39,674 nt of DNA from an uncultured virus (IMG/VR IMGVR_UViG_2061766007_004262) (IMGVR_UViG_2061766007_004262), one strand, 5' to 3'; counted from the stretch's first letter, positions 1 to 10,371 are shown. The notes: generated by a model from the sequence alone, not told the origin. Made by a program: numbers and translations.

Positions 1-27
1 AGCCTCCCTTTCCAAGGGGGTGAGCGG

Positions 28-197
28 ATGAGGCAGGTGCAGGAAGCACTCAAAAATATCGGCATACCCGTTTTCGCCGGGATCTGGCGCGCAACGTCGC
101 CGGACCAGAATCCGCCGGTTCAGTATGTGGTCTACTCGTCCACGACAACGGAAAACAGCCACCAGGACGATCACGTGACCTCGTTCAGGACATATGT
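28..197 (+). CDS. Phage tail completion/terminator-like protein, N-terminal fragment
   Basis: ORF MRQVQEALKNIGIPVFAG...PVQYVVYS after an RBS-like AAGGGGGTGA; cut by a gap; likely continues in fragment 1089-1218. Confidence 0.5.
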
Positions 198-207
198 NNN
201 NNNNNNN

Positions 208-411
208 TTGTTCGACAGTGAAAACGATAATGGTTTTACGCCTGCAGCTTACCAGGCCGACAGCACCGCGTCCAGCTATACTGCGCTGAAAGAGGACTTT
301 AATGCGCTCTTGGCGAAGCTTCGTGCATCCGGTCTTATGGAGGCAACCATGCCTGCCGAAACGCCTGCTCCCGAAGAGACACCTGTCCAGGGTGAAGGCG
401 GCGGTACCTGA
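208..411 (+). CDS. Phage head fibre-like protein, C-terminal fragment
   Basis: AAYQADSTA...LKEDFNALLAKLRASGLM resembles the head-fibre family; stop overlaps the connector start. Confidence 0.6.
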   Translation: MFDSENDNGFTPAAYQADSTASSYTALKEDFNALLAKLRASGLMEATMPAETPAPEETPVQGEGGGT

Positions 412-722
412 TGATCATTTCCCTTGCCGAGGCCAAAACACACCTGCGGATTGAGCACGATGAGGAGGATGAATACCTGACCGGACTCATCCTCCAGGCG
501 CAGGCCGCTGCCGAGGATTACTGCCGGGTATCCTTTGAGCCATACCTGAATGAGGATGGTGAGGAGATCGACGCGCCTGAGCCGGTGCGCCTGGCGCTGC
601 TGCTGTTCGTGGGGTTCTACTATGAAAACAGGGACATCCCGGATATGACCACCTACAAGGCCATGCGAATGGCGTTCGACAGTTTGCTCTACCCGTACCG
701 CGATCCCGAGAAAATGTTTTGA
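411..722 (+). CDS. Phage gp6-like head-tail connector protein
   Basis: ISLAEAKTHLRIEHDEEDEYL...LALLLFVGFYYENR is the HK97 gp6-family pattern. Confidence 0.9.
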   Translation: MIISLAEAKTHLRIEHDEEDEYLTGLILQAQAAAEDYCRVSFEPYLNEDGEEIDAPEPVRLALLLFVGFYYENRDIPDMTTYKAMRMAFDSLLYPYRDPEKMF

Positions 723-737
723 AAGGAGTGATCCTGC

Positions 738-865
738 TTGCGAGGGTATAAAAACTTTGAGAGCGATCCGCATCCCGGATCACTCCGGCACAGGATCGAG
801 ATCGGGTACACGGAAAACGCCATCAACGAAAACGGTTATCCACAGCCTGTGGATAAAGTCATATG
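738..865 (+). CDS. Phage head closure / head-tail adaptor, N-terminal fragment
   Basis: RBS AAAGGAG then TTG; PGSLRHRIEI...NENG motif; follows the connector; cut by a gap. Confidence 0.7.
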
Positions 866-875
866 NNNNNNNNNN

Positions 876-1080
876 CACCGATGTTCGGAAGAGGTACATT
901 CAGTTTCTGGGGTACGATTACAAGGTCGTACGAGGAAACAGCAGAAAGGGTTATATACCCCGAACGATACCCAACAGGAAGCGACTGAAACGCAAGATCG
1001 AGGAAATCCACACAAATATCGTCTCCATACCGGCGAACATAAACAGGGACGTAGTGATACAGAAAATCCATCTGATCAAN
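876..1080 (+). CDS. Group II intron reverse transcriptase/maturase, internal fragment
   Basis: TDVRKRYIQFLGYDYKV...RKRLKRKI resembles RT domain 7 (FLGY) running into domain X; isolated between gaps. Confidence 0.55.
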
Positions 1081-1088
1081 NNNNNNNN

Positions 1089-1218
1089 NGGTTTTACTAT
1101 TCTGGAGGAGTCAGATAAGGGGTATAACCAGCCGCAGTATGACACCGCCACCCGGCAGTACACTGTTCAATGGACGTGGGTCTTGTACCAGGAGAAAAGA
1201 TATGCCGCTGGAGATTAG
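1089..1218 (+). CDS. Phage tail completion-like protein, C-terminal fragment
   Basis: GFTILEESDKGYNQPQYDTATRQYTVQWTW; overlaps the start of the gp10-like gene. Confidence 0.5.
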
Positions 1219-1362
1219 GGGACTGGACGATCTGAGCAACGACCTGAGCGCCATGGCCGCTGCCTTTAGCGACGACGGACCCGTCATCAACAAAGCGCTG
1301 AAAGCCGGAGCCGTGCCCATCGAGGAGCAGATGAAAATGAACGCGTCCAGTGACCCGAAGAT
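1202..1362 (+). CDS. HK97 gp10-family tail component, allele fragment
   Basis: MPLEIRGLDDL, near-identical to the copy at 1375. Confidence 0.75.
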
Positions 1363-1374
1363 NNNNNNNNNNCT

Positions 1375-1769
1375 ATGCCGCTGGAGATTAGAGGGTTCGA
1401 TGAACTGAGCAATGACCTGAGTGCCATGGCCGCGGCCTTTAGCGACGACGGTCCAGTCATCAACAAAGCGCTGAAAGCCGGAGCTGTGCCCATCGAGGAG
1501 CAGATGAAAATGAACGCGTCCAGTGACCCGAAGATCATTACCGGGGACCTCTACTCGTCCATCCATACCCACGGAGTAAAACACAAAAGAGGCGGCTCCG
1601 GCAAACACATCACCATTGGCGTAAAGCACAGTGAAAGAGGCGCGTACTATTCAAACGCTGTCGAATTTGGCCACGGCGGACCGGCTCCGGCTCCCATGCA
1701 TCCCTTCGTCCGTCCAGCCTTTGACGTCCGCTATCCGGACGCCTGCGAAGAAATGAAGCGCGTGCTCAG
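1375..1769 (+). CDS. HK97 gp10-family tail component (nearly complete)
   Basis: EIRGFDEL...KALKAGA...TGDL...VEFGH...HPFVRPAFD. Confidence 0.85.
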
Positions 1770-1779
1770 NNNNNNNNNN

Positions 1780-2003
1780 CACCCACGGCGTAAAGCAAAA
1801 ACGCGGTGGCTCCGGCAAGCACATCACCATCGGCGTAAAGCACAGTGAAAAAGGCGCATTTTACGCAAACCCAATTGAGTTCGGCCATGGCGGACCGGCT
1901 CCCGCGCCGCCGCATCCCTTCGTACGTCCTGCCTTCGACGTCCGCTACCCGGACGCCTGTGAAGAAATGAAGCGCGTGCTCAGGGACGCGCTGAAACCGT
2001 AAT
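1780..2003 (+). CDS. HK97 gp10-family tail component, C-terminal allele fragment
   Basis: Variant copy of 1564-1769 ending RDALKP-stop. Confidence 0.75.
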
Positions 2004-2035
2004 ACAAACCAAAAATCCAAAGGAGAAAAACGATC

Positions 2036-2624
2036 ATGGCAAACAACAATCCTACCGCTTCCCCCAAAGTATCCTCCACGATCGGTCTCAAGAACGTGGT
2101 CATCGCGCCGCTCCTGACCGATACCGACGAGGGCCACACCTACGGCGATCTGCAGCTCGTTGCCGGCGCTATAGAGGCCAGCGTCACGCCTGACAACTCA
2201 GATCCTTCGATTCAATACGCGGACGACACCGAATTCGATACCCTGTACGCCGATCCCGAAATAAGCTTTAAGCTCAAGATGGCGGACATCCCCCTGACCA
2301 TCCAGGAGATGCTCTTCGCCAACGCGATCGACGACAACGGCGTGCTGATCCGCACCGCGCAGGACAAGCCNNNNNNNNNNNNNNNNNNNNNNNNNNNNNN
2401 NNNNNNNNNNNNNNNNNNNNNNNNNNNNNNNNNNNNNNNNNNNNNNNNNNNNNNNNNNNNNNNNNNNNNNNNNNNNNNNNNNNNNNNNNNNGGAGTTCAC
2501 CGCGATCAAGCGCACGCACGACGGCCGCTACCAGGCCGTAGCCGACGAAGGCGAAGGTTCCTTTACCGCTGAGAAGGCGGCGACCTTCCTGACCAGTGTG
2601 TACGAGCCTGTCTTCACGCCGTAA
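2036..2624 (+). CDS. Phage major tail protein (phi13-like), with internal gap
   Basis: RBS AAAGGAG; IGLKNVVIA...YADD motifs; C-terminus FLTSVYEPVFTP-stop after the gap. Confidence 0.85.
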
Positions 2625-2704
2625 TGACAACAGACAAACGACGATAGGGGACGCATGGATTTCTTCCGGCGTCCCCAATACTATCTCTTTAGGGAGGAAA
2701 CATC

Positions 2705-3073
2705 ATGATAACCTGTACCCTCGGAGAAAAAGCATACACGGTGGATTTCATCAGCGGGAGAGCTTTAAGGGAGATCGAACCCGCAACCAAAATGTACGCG
2801 CGCATCCAGCGCATGGCAAAGCAGGCCGCCGACGGTGAGGAGATCAGCGAGGACGAGAAAGTCAGCGTACCCGACGCGCTCGACGTGCTGGTCAAATGGT
2901 TCTGCGTCCTTTTCGGGAACCAGTTCAAACCGGATGATGTGTACGACCATTATCCCGCCGACCGGCTGATGGTGGACATCCCCATCGCCCTGATGGCTGT
3001 GCAGACGGCGACGACAGAGGCCCTGTCCGAATTCCCTATGAAGCCGACAGCGACGGAAACGAAGAGCGACTGA
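2705..3073 (+). CDS. Phage tail assembly chaperone (gpG-like)
   Basis: 122 aa between major tail and tape measure; RBS GGAGG; FGNQF motif. Confidence 0.75.
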   Translation: MITCTLGEKAYTVDFISGRALREIEPATKMYARIQRMAKQAADGEEISEDEKVSVPDALDVLVKWFCVLFGNQFKPDDVYDHYPADRLMVDIPIALMAVQTATTEALSEFPMKPTATETKSD

Positions 3074-3261
3074 CGCTGCCGGATTACATCTATGCTACTT
3101 ATAACGCCCTGCTTGAAAACGGCTGGCGTATGAAAGATATAGACGAAATGGATATGCCGGGTTATATACGCCTGCGAGCGTGGAACGCCCGGAAAGAAAA
3201 AAGAAAACAGGAGCCCAGGCCGAACACCATCGATCAGGTGTGGCCGGGGCTGAAACCGTGA
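3034..3261 (+). CDS. Tail assembly chaperone extension (gpT-like), -1 frame
   Basis: Open frame LTLPDYIYATYNALLENGWRMKDIDEMD...IDQVWPGLKP overlaps the gpG end in the -1 frame and has no RBS of its own; start coordinate approximate. Confidence 0.6.
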   Translation, partial: PYEADSDGNEERLTLPDYIYATYNALLENGWRMKDIDEMDMPGYIRLRAWNARKEKRKQEPRPNTIDQVWPGLKP

Positions 3262-3270
3262 TACATAAAG

Positions 3271-3298
3271 AACGGTGTCAGGATGATCTGGCACCGTT
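3271..3298 (-). terminator. Intrinsic terminator-like hairpin
   Basis: AACGGTGCCAG-6nt-CTGACACCGTT followed by CTTT on the minus strand. Confidence 0.55.
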
Positions 3299-3308
3299 AA
3301 TGGCAAAA

Positions 3309-3377
3309 GTAAAAGGATGATCCTACGTTTACCCGTACACCCAGCTAACAAGACGCCAGGAGGTCATCCTTATTACA
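3309..3377 (-). ncRNA. Candidate structured small RNA downstream of the DUF3800-like gene
   Basis: Closing stem AAGGATGACCT/AGGATCATCCTT encloses two small hairpins, directly after a sigma-70 promoter. Confidence 0.5.
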
Positions 3378-3382
3378 GCATT

Positions 3383-3411
3383 ATAATACCACACTTTGGG
3401 GTGTTTGTCAA
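3383..3411 (-). promoter_or_regulatory. Sigma-70/SigA promoter overlapping the DUF3800 stop codon
   Basis: TTGACA-17 bp-TATTAT with extended TG. Confidence 0.7.
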
Positions 3412-3983
3412 ACCTCTTTTATATGTTTTTCGATTAACGTGTAGAATTGGTCTTTCTGAGATGTTGCTTTATAGCGTCTCAATACGCTGCAGATATTATC
3501 TATGAACTGAAGCCCCGGTTCAGCCTGTGAATCACAGGACATGATTGCTTGAACATGTGAGAGCTTTGAAATCGCACGAACTATTTTTTCTTCGAACAAG
3601 ACTATATTGAATGTGTCGAAGATTATACTTATGTCATCTGTAATAGAAGCAACAATCCGGGAGAGAAGGGATATATAAGTATCCTCTTTGACAGCCTGAG
3701 AAAACTCCTTATTCTTCTTCACATATGAAGAGAATATGATAATTCCATCAAGCTGATCAATCTCCTCAAGCATTCTGAGCTTGATACGTTGAAAACTTTT
3801 ATCCAGAATGACGGACTTGAACTCCGTATAGACTTTTGCTTTATCTGAAGGAGAAAGACGAAAGTTGCTAATCCTGCGTTTAAAGTGCTTGTAAGCAGCG
3901 GTTGCGCTTTCTCTGGATTCTACTAAAAAACCGCCAACCAGAAAAAACTCATCTGTTTCTGTTTCATCGACAAATAGAAGCAT
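3408..3983 (-). CDS. DUF3800-like protein (moron, opposite strand)
   Basis: MLLFVDET N-terminus, EFKS, FD, and DS...GLQFIDNIC C-terminus; AT-rich; start placed at the ATG after GAGGAA. Confidence 0.7.
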   Translation of the reverse strand: MLLFVDETETDEFFLVGGFLVESRESATAAYKHFKRRISNFRLSPSDKAKVYTEFKSVILDKSFQRIKLRMLEEIDQLDGIIIFSSYVKKNKEFSQAVKEDTYISLLSRIVASITDDISIIFDTFNIVLFEEKIVRAISKLSHVQAIMSCDSQAEPGLQFIDNICSVLRRYKATSQKDQFYTLIEKHIKEV

Positions 3984-4077
3984 GCGTTTATTCCTCTCAG
4001 AAGGAATATTTCTGGAAAAAGTATACCATATTCCAGTTATAAAAACAACCAAAAGTTTGGAAGTTTGAGGTAATTTC

Positions 4078-7000
4078 ATGAGCGACGTAGTACGCGACCT
4101 TGTAGTGTCGCTGAGCCTTGACGCGGGCGAGTTCACCCGGAATATGCGCGCGATCAACGCATCTATCAAGGAGGCGGAGAGCTCTTTCCGTCTCGCTGGT
4201 GCTGGCGTGGATAAGTTTGGCTCGAGCCTGGGCGGGCAGCTGGCGAAGGCGCAGATGCTGGAGCAGACCTATATGCTCCAGAGCGCGGCGGTCCGGCAGT
4301 ACTCTGCTCACCTCTCCGAAGCCAACAACAAGATGCTGGCGACGGAAGGATATCTCGCCAAATACTCCTCGCGGCTGGCCGAGGCGAAAGCGCAGATGGC
4401 GCCGCTCAACGCGGAGATCGCCCGGCAGCATGCCGAGGTGGAACGCACCAACGCGGTCTATGCTTCTGTCGACGCAGCCTACCAGCAGAACATCACTTCC
4501 ATCAATTCCTTGCAGCAGTCCATGGTCTCCCTCGAACAGGAGATCGCCGCGACGGAAATGATGTACGAGCACAGTTTCGCCACCCTCGGCGCGGGCGATG
4601 ACCAGACGGAGGCGTACCGTACGAGGCTTGCTTCCCTGAACGCGGAATACGAAAAGCAGCGCGCCAGCCTGGCATCCCTGCAGTCGATGACGAAATCGCT
4701 GGCAACGGCACGCTCGTCCGCGGCGAATCAGGCGAACCGCGCCGCGCAGGCGGAGCAGAACCTGATCCAACAGAAAGCCGCCCTCGAAGCCGAAATCAAA
4801 AAACTGGAAGGCCAAGTCAAAGAAGAGACCCAGGCGTTGGAAAACAACCGTACCGCCGTCGTGCGCGCGCAGACGGAATTGAATAACGCCAAGGCGCGCT
4901 TGCGGGAAACGCAGGCTGAACTCAAGGCCACGCAGAAGCAGATCGCGCTCATGTCCTCGATGTGGACGCAGGCGGGCGCCGCGCTTACCTCTTTTTCCCA
5001 GAAATGCGTATCTCTCGGCAGGACGATGCAGCGTACCGGACGTACGATGCTGCGGTACCTGACTACACCTATCATGGGATTAGCTACGGCGTCGGTCAAA
5101 GCGCTCATCTCCTACGACAAAGCCTTCGCAAACGTGCGCCGCACGGTCAGCGCGACGGAAGAGCAATTTACGGAATTCTACGCGCAGATCGAGCAGATGA
5201 GTACGGTTGTGGCAACGTCCGCCGATGAGATCGCCGAGGTCGTCGCTACCGCCGGACAGCTGGGTATCCATACCGAAAACATTATGGACTTTACCCGGGC
5301 CATGATCGACCTGAGCGTGGCGTCCACAGACCTCGAGGCAAACGAGGCCGCTACTCAGCTGGCGAAGTTTGCCAATATCACCGGCATGAGCCACGACCAG
5401 TTCACAAACCTGTCGTCCGCTATCGTCGCCCTGGGCGTCAACTACGCCACGACCGAGAGCGAGATCGTCGAAATGAGCAAGCGTCTCGCCGCCGCCGGAA
5501 AACAGGTAGGCCTGTCCGAAGCACAGATCGTAGGCTTCGCTGCGGCACTGTCTTCCGTCGGCCTCGAGGCCCAGATGGGCGGCTCTACCTTCTCCAAGGC
5601 GCTGGTCAAAATGGAAGTTGCCGCCGCTACAGGCGGAGAAGCGCTCACCGACTTTGCCGGGGTCTGCGGGCTTACGGAAGAAGAGTTCAAGCGCATGTGG
5701 GCCGCCGATCCCGCCGAGGTATTCCAGCGCTTTATCGTGGGCCTGGCCCAGCTGGGCGACGAAGGCGCGAGCGCGATCGCTACACTGCAGGAGATCGGCA
5801 TCAGTGAGATCAGGCTGCGGGACACACTTTTGAGGGCAACCAACGCGACCGAGCTGTTTGCCAGCACGCAGAAAACGGCCGTGCAGGCCTGGAACGAAAA
5901 CACGATGCTGACGGAGTCCGCGGCAAAGAAATATGATACCCTTTCCGCGAAGCTGACCAACCTGAAGAACCGGGCGCTCGTCGCGGGCAGGCAGATCGCG
6001 CGGGACCTGGTGCCTACTTTGGAGAGCCTTATGGAAAAGGCCAACGGGCTCATCACTTCCTTTATGGGGCTGGATAAGAGCCAGCGGGAAAACATTATCA
6101 AATGGGCGGCCATAGCGGCCGCCATCGGGCCGGTCATACTCATAACCGGCACTTTGATTAAAAACATAGGCTATATCGCCGGAGCGCTCGGGAAACTGTT
6201 CACAGCGTTCGGCAAACTTTCTGCTGCCGTGACCATGGCGGGCGGCGGCGTAAAAGGCCTGCTTTCAGTCATAGGGCACTCGAAGATCGCCATGCTCGCG
6301 CTCACTGCAGCAGCGGTGTACGGAGCAGTTACTCTGTATGACTATGCCAGCGGCGCGAAAGCGGCACGCGAAGCTCTAAAGCAGCTGAACGAGACCGCTG
6401 AGGATTGGAAGAATAACTCTGCAGACACCTTTTACTCCGCTTCAAAAGGGCTTGAGACCTTCGGACTGACCGCCGAGGACTTCACCAAGGGTATCAGGAG
6501 CACCCGGAGCTGGATGAGCTCCCTGCAGTCCGAGTGGGCAGACGACACGATCGAGACGAAGGATACGATAGAAAGCTATGTATCCTCGTTTAAAACGATG
6601 ACGCAGTCAACCCGTTCGGCACTGTCCGAAATGGCTGACACCGCTTCTGATGCTGGGTTTGACAATCTGAATACCCAGATCAAGGCCGACATGGCCGAGC
6701 TCGATGCCTTGGATGCCAGGGTGGAAGAGCTGCTCACCAAGCGGCAGGAGTATTTCCTGACTGACGAGGATATAGCGGAACTGAACTCACTACTGCTGAA
6801 GCGCGAAGAGATCGAGATCAAATACCGCCTGTCCGAAGCGGATACCGACGGGTTCAGCAAGCTCGAGGCCGGTATCGACGCGGCGATCGCGAGAGCCGAG
6901 GCGACGGGACAGGAAGTCGGCGTAGACGTATACAAGGACGCCCTCGTCGCCGGCGCGGAAGGCATGCAGGCGGTAAACAAGGCGCTGGACGAACAGTACA

Positions 7001-7112
7001 ACGACCGCTACGCCCTGGTGCAGCTCATAAACGACGAAACGGAAAAAGAGACCGCACTGGCACAGCTGAACGCCTGGTACAACGACGAGCGCCTGGCAGC
7101 GGGCCGGGAATA
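4078..7112 (+). CDS. Phage tail tape measure protein (TP901-like), 3' end lost in a gap
   Basis: More than 1000 aa, Ala-rich coiled coil; LVVSLSLDAGEF start; AGQLGI, LAKFANIT and ATTESEIV core motifs. Confidence 0.92.
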
Positions 7113-7122
7113 NNNNNNNNNN

Positions 7123-7486
7123 ACCCGACGGAAGCATGCAATGGCAGTTGAACGACGAGCAGGCGCAGTCTGTCGGCGCCGGCATCTCCTACGCTGTGCA
7201 GGCTGACGGCGTGTTCTACGTAATAGGCTACTATTCATCCGTACTGACCGCAATATCTCCTGACGGCAGATTCCTCTGGGAATGCAGTTGCGACGACGAG
7301 AATATTTATTGGCCTTATTACATCGAACCGGTCAACGAAGGCATCTACGTATACTGGGACGGCGGCGTTGAAAGTACGGACAACACGCTGGTCTGGCGGG
7401 TGCTGTTCAGCTACGACGGCCAGTACGTAAGCACAGATCTGGTGAAAGATCCCCAATTGAACCAGGGCCTTACGCAGACGTATTAA
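7123..7486 (+). CDS. Hypothetical protein, C-terminal fragment (beta-propeller-like repeats)
   Basis: LTAISPDGRFLW and FSYDGQY repeats; separate fragment from the tape measure. Confidence 0.4.
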
Positions 7487-7575
7487 TCGGGAATTTTCAC
7501 GAGCAAAAACATTCGGGCGCGGCCGAGACAATGCGTTCGGCTGCGCCTCTCATTCTCTCAGAGCCGCTGCCGTTT

Positions 7576-8361
7576 TCATCTGATCAGTCCCCATTCAGCG
7601 AACTTTTCAAATCCACCTAAGGCTTCAATGTATCTGCGGGCAATGTCCACGATCACTTCGTAGGGCAGCCCGTCCACGGTTTCGTCGCCGATGGCGCAGG
7701 AAATTTCCACCGGTTCCTGCGTGATCTGTGCTTTTAGGAACGCATAGATGTTTACGCTCACGTCAGCCTTGGAAAGGTCCTTTCCGTGCAGCCCGCCGCC
7801 GGTGACGGAATCGCCCATGTCGCTGCCGAGCTTCCGGTTGACTGCGCCGGTATCCACATCTGTGCCGCCGATCCAGTCACCCAACGGGTTTACCCTGGCC
7901 TGCGGAAACAGATTCTTCAGGTCAGTGGTGGTCGCGTGGCTTTGGCAGAGGATCAAACGCTTGCCATCCAGAATGTATTTCCCGTCGTACGGGTAAATTC
8001 TGTACAGCTTCTTTGCAATTGCGGTTAACTGTTTCTGCTCATGCGTCGCCGGATAACCGCAAAAAATGCCGTTGTCGCCGCAGCGGATGCGCCCTTGCTG
8101 GTTGGCAGCGAGCTTTCCATCCTGCGGCAGCTGACGGAAGTTCACATACACGCTCCCGGCAATGCGCTGAACGGTCCGGCATACTTTTCTTTCAGACAGG
8201 GTTACCGAGCTTTCGCAGATGATGTTGCACACACCGTGCCCGATCAGCACCTCCACAGCGATGCGGGGATCAGGCGTAATGCTGTACGCTATGTCTACCA
8301 GAGCGCCGGCAATGCGGTCGGCGATTTTATCCGGGTGCGAGGGATTTACTTTTTCGTACAT
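7576..8361 (-). CDS. metK: Phage-type short S-adenosylmethionine synthetase (allele 1, 261 aa)
   Basis: EKVNPSHPDKIADRI, GDNG, DTGAVNRKL and GGGLHGKDLSKAD motifs. Confidence 0.85.
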   Translation of the reverse strand: MYEKVNPSHPDKIADRIAGALVDIAYSITPDPRIAVEVLIGHGVCNIICESSVTLSERKVCRTVQRIAGSVYVNFRQLPQDGKLAANQQGRIRCGDNGIFCGYPATHEQKQLTAIAKKLYRIYPYDGKYILDGKRLILCQSHATTTDLKNLFPQARVNPLGDWIGGTDVDTGAVNRKLGSDMGDSVTGGGLHGKDLSKADVSVNIYAFLKAQITQEPVEISCAIGDETVDGLPYEVIVDIARRYIEALGGFEKFAEWGLIR

Positions 8362-8383
8362 AACAACCTCCAGNNNNNNNNNN

Positions 8384-9067
8384 AATCTCATCTCCGATGG
8401 CACAGGAGATCTCCACGGGTTCTGCGGTGATCTGTGCTTTCAGCCAGGCATAGATGTTCACGCTCACGTCGGCTTTGGAGAGGTCTTTACCGTGCAGTCC
8501 ACCGCCGGTAACCGAATCGCCCATATCGCTGCCAAGCTTCCGGTTGACCGCGCCGGTATCTACATCCGTACCGCCTGTCCAGTCGCCCAAGGGATTAACC
8601 TCCGCTTCGGGATACATTTCTTCGATGTCTTCCGTTGCCGCGTTGCTCTGGCAGATGATCAGCCGTTTGCCGTCGAGAATGCATTTTCCATCGCAAAGGA
8701 ACGTATGATACAGCCTGCGGGCAATGCAGGCGAGCACCTTCTGCTCGCGGGTCACCGGGTAGCCACAGAATATACCGTTGTCGCCGCAGCGCAGTCGTCC
8801 TTTCTGATTGGCGGCGAGCTTTTCGTCCTGGGGCAGCTGACGAAGATTAACGTACACATTCCCGGCGATCCGTCGAACGGCTTTGTACACTTCCTTTTCC
8901 GGTAGCCTGACCGAAGTCTCGCAAATGATGTTGCACACGCCGTGGCCTATCAGCACCTCCACCGCGATGCGAGGGTCCGCCGCTTTTCTGTAAGCCAGGT
9001 CAACGAGTGCGCCAGCGATCCGGTCGGCAATTTTATCGGGGTGAGAGGGATTCACTTTCTCAAACAT
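8384..9067 (-). CDS. metK: Phage-type short S-adenosylmethionine synthetase (allele 2, 3' end in gap)
   Basis: Same motifs as allele 1; RBS GGAGG. Confidence 0.85.
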
Positions 9068-9085
9068 GCTGTTTCCTCCAAAGAG

Positions 9086-9168
9086 AAAAGGCCCCGCTTC
9101 TCAGCAAAGCCCTTTCCGTATTCTTCAACATGGTAGCATTGTACCACTACCTTAACTGCCATTAACTG
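9086..9168 (-). promoter_or_regulatory. Probable phage late promoter with downstream hairpin
   Basis: CAGTTAA direct repeat at 10 bp spacing, extended -10 TGG-TACAAT, then hairpin AAAGGGCTTTGCT/AGCGGGGCCTTTT. Confidence 0.5.
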
Positions 9169-9597
9169 TCAAACTGCCTTTCTTGTGTTAATTCCGCATG
9201 AATCTTCATCGGAGTCTACCCATATTTCTGTGCCTGACGCATACATCTTCTGACGAATAATCCTGAATTGCCGGGCGATCTCTTCCGGTATGGTATACAT
9301 GGTGTCTTCACGCTTCGCCGCCGTCCTGTAAGAAGCCATTTCTTCGAGGATATGATGTTTTGCTGCATACACATATTTGACTTCGGGAGAGCCGCTCAGC
9401 TGATAAGCTACGTAATACCTGTCGACCCAGAGTCTTCCGCTGTGATTGTCCAGAATGACAGGCTGCGGATATTTGCCGAACATCTCTCTGCGCAACACCC
9501 CATAATCAGGTTTTCGCAAACCGTACTTTCCAGCAACTGCCTTGGCGAGGTTATACACCTGGAGGCTGTTCAGCGACACTATTTCCCTGGTGCTCAT
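9169..9597 (-). CDS. Hypothetical phage protein
   Basis: 142 aa ORF overlapping the upstream stop; RBS GGGAGG. Confidence 0.6.
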   Translation of the reverse strand: MSTREIVSLNSLQVYNLAKAVAGKYGLRKPDYGVLRREMFGKYPQPVILDNHSGRLWVDRYYVAYQLSGSPEVKYVYAAKHHILEEMASYRTAAKREDTMYTIPEEIARQFRIIRQKMYASGTEIWVDSDEDSCGINTRKAV

Positions 9598-10148
9598 ACG
9601 GCGATCCTCCCTTGTGTTTTCAGTACCGTCTCAACCATAGAGAGGGCCGTCCTGTGAAGTCTGAACACATGAGTGCCGCTCATTTCCATCTTGCCGCAGA
9701 TATCGTCCCACGCGTTCATGCCCATGTACCGGAGGTTTAGGAGGGTCTGGCAATCTTTGTCCGCTACAAGATCAATGGTCTCCTGAATCTCCTTTCGCAC
9801 ATCCACGAGCTTATCGATCTGGGCGGTGAGCGCGGTTTCCGCTTCCATGATCCGGATAACCGCGTCCTCCATGGAGCCGACGTTGCGGCTGTGCGATACA
9901 ACTTCGGTCCCGTATGCGGCAGTCACACGTTTCGACAAGGCTTTCAAATGCTTGAGCTGATCGATCTTATTATTTATGTTCGTTTCAAGCCTGTAAGCCC
10001 GGTTCAGATACTCTTTCACGCTCATGGACGATCCTTTTATATCGTATCTACGGGGGCTACGCCTTTGTTTTTTCTCCTCACGCATGACGTTTGTAATTGC
10101 CTCTCCAGCGGTGGGATCAGGGTAGCCTTCACTGTTTTTGTAATACAC
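9594..10148 (-). CDS. Phage late transcription activator-like protein (DUF1492/RinA/ArpU-like)
   Basis: KEYL...LLNLRY...WDDIC...HVFRLHRTAL C-terminal HTH; N-terminal NSEGYPDPTAGEAI peptide; may start at the internal Met 10025. Confidence 0.7.
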   Translation of the reverse strand: MYYKNSEGYPDPTAGEAITNVMREEKKQRRSPRRYDIKGSSMSVKEYLNRAYRLETNINNKIDQLKHLKALSKRVTAAYGTEVVSHSRNVGSMEDAVIRIMEAETALTAQIDKLVDVRKEIQETIDLVADKDCQTLLNLRYMGMNAWDDICGKMEMSGTHVFRLHRTALSMVETVLKTQGRIAV

Positions 10149-10371
10149 TGTCAGCGCCTCCCTTGCTCTTGTCTTCGATGTAGACGATCAACGCCAGTCC
10201 CAGCTTCATTGCCAGCGGATGGTTGTTCCATTTTGAACCCACCATATCCGTCAGATCCTTCCCGGCGTTATACCAGAACTCCTCGCAGCCAGGGTCGTGG
10301 ATAGTGGGCGGGTTGTTATAGGTTTTCAGGTAATTCCAAAGATCCCTGAATATCTCTTTCTCGATCTCCAT
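10129..10371 (-). CDS. Hypothetical phage protein
   Basis: 80 aa, RBS GGAGG, coupled to the helicase stop. Confidence 0.6.
   Translation of the reverse strand: MEIEKEIFRDLWNYLKTYNNPPTIHDPGCEEFWYNAGKDLTDMVGSKWNNHPLAMKLGLALIVYIEDKSKGGADSVLQKQ

Noticed and set aside
876..1080. Diversity-generating retroelement or retron
   Set aside because: The fragment resembles intron domain 7/X; I saw no template/variable repeat pair with adenine-specific differences and no msr-msd.
7576..9067. Tandem duplication of metK (likewise gp10, DUF2800, asnS, GH78)
   Set aside because: The copies are separated by N-gaps and truncated at fragment ends; alternative alleles are the simpler explanation.
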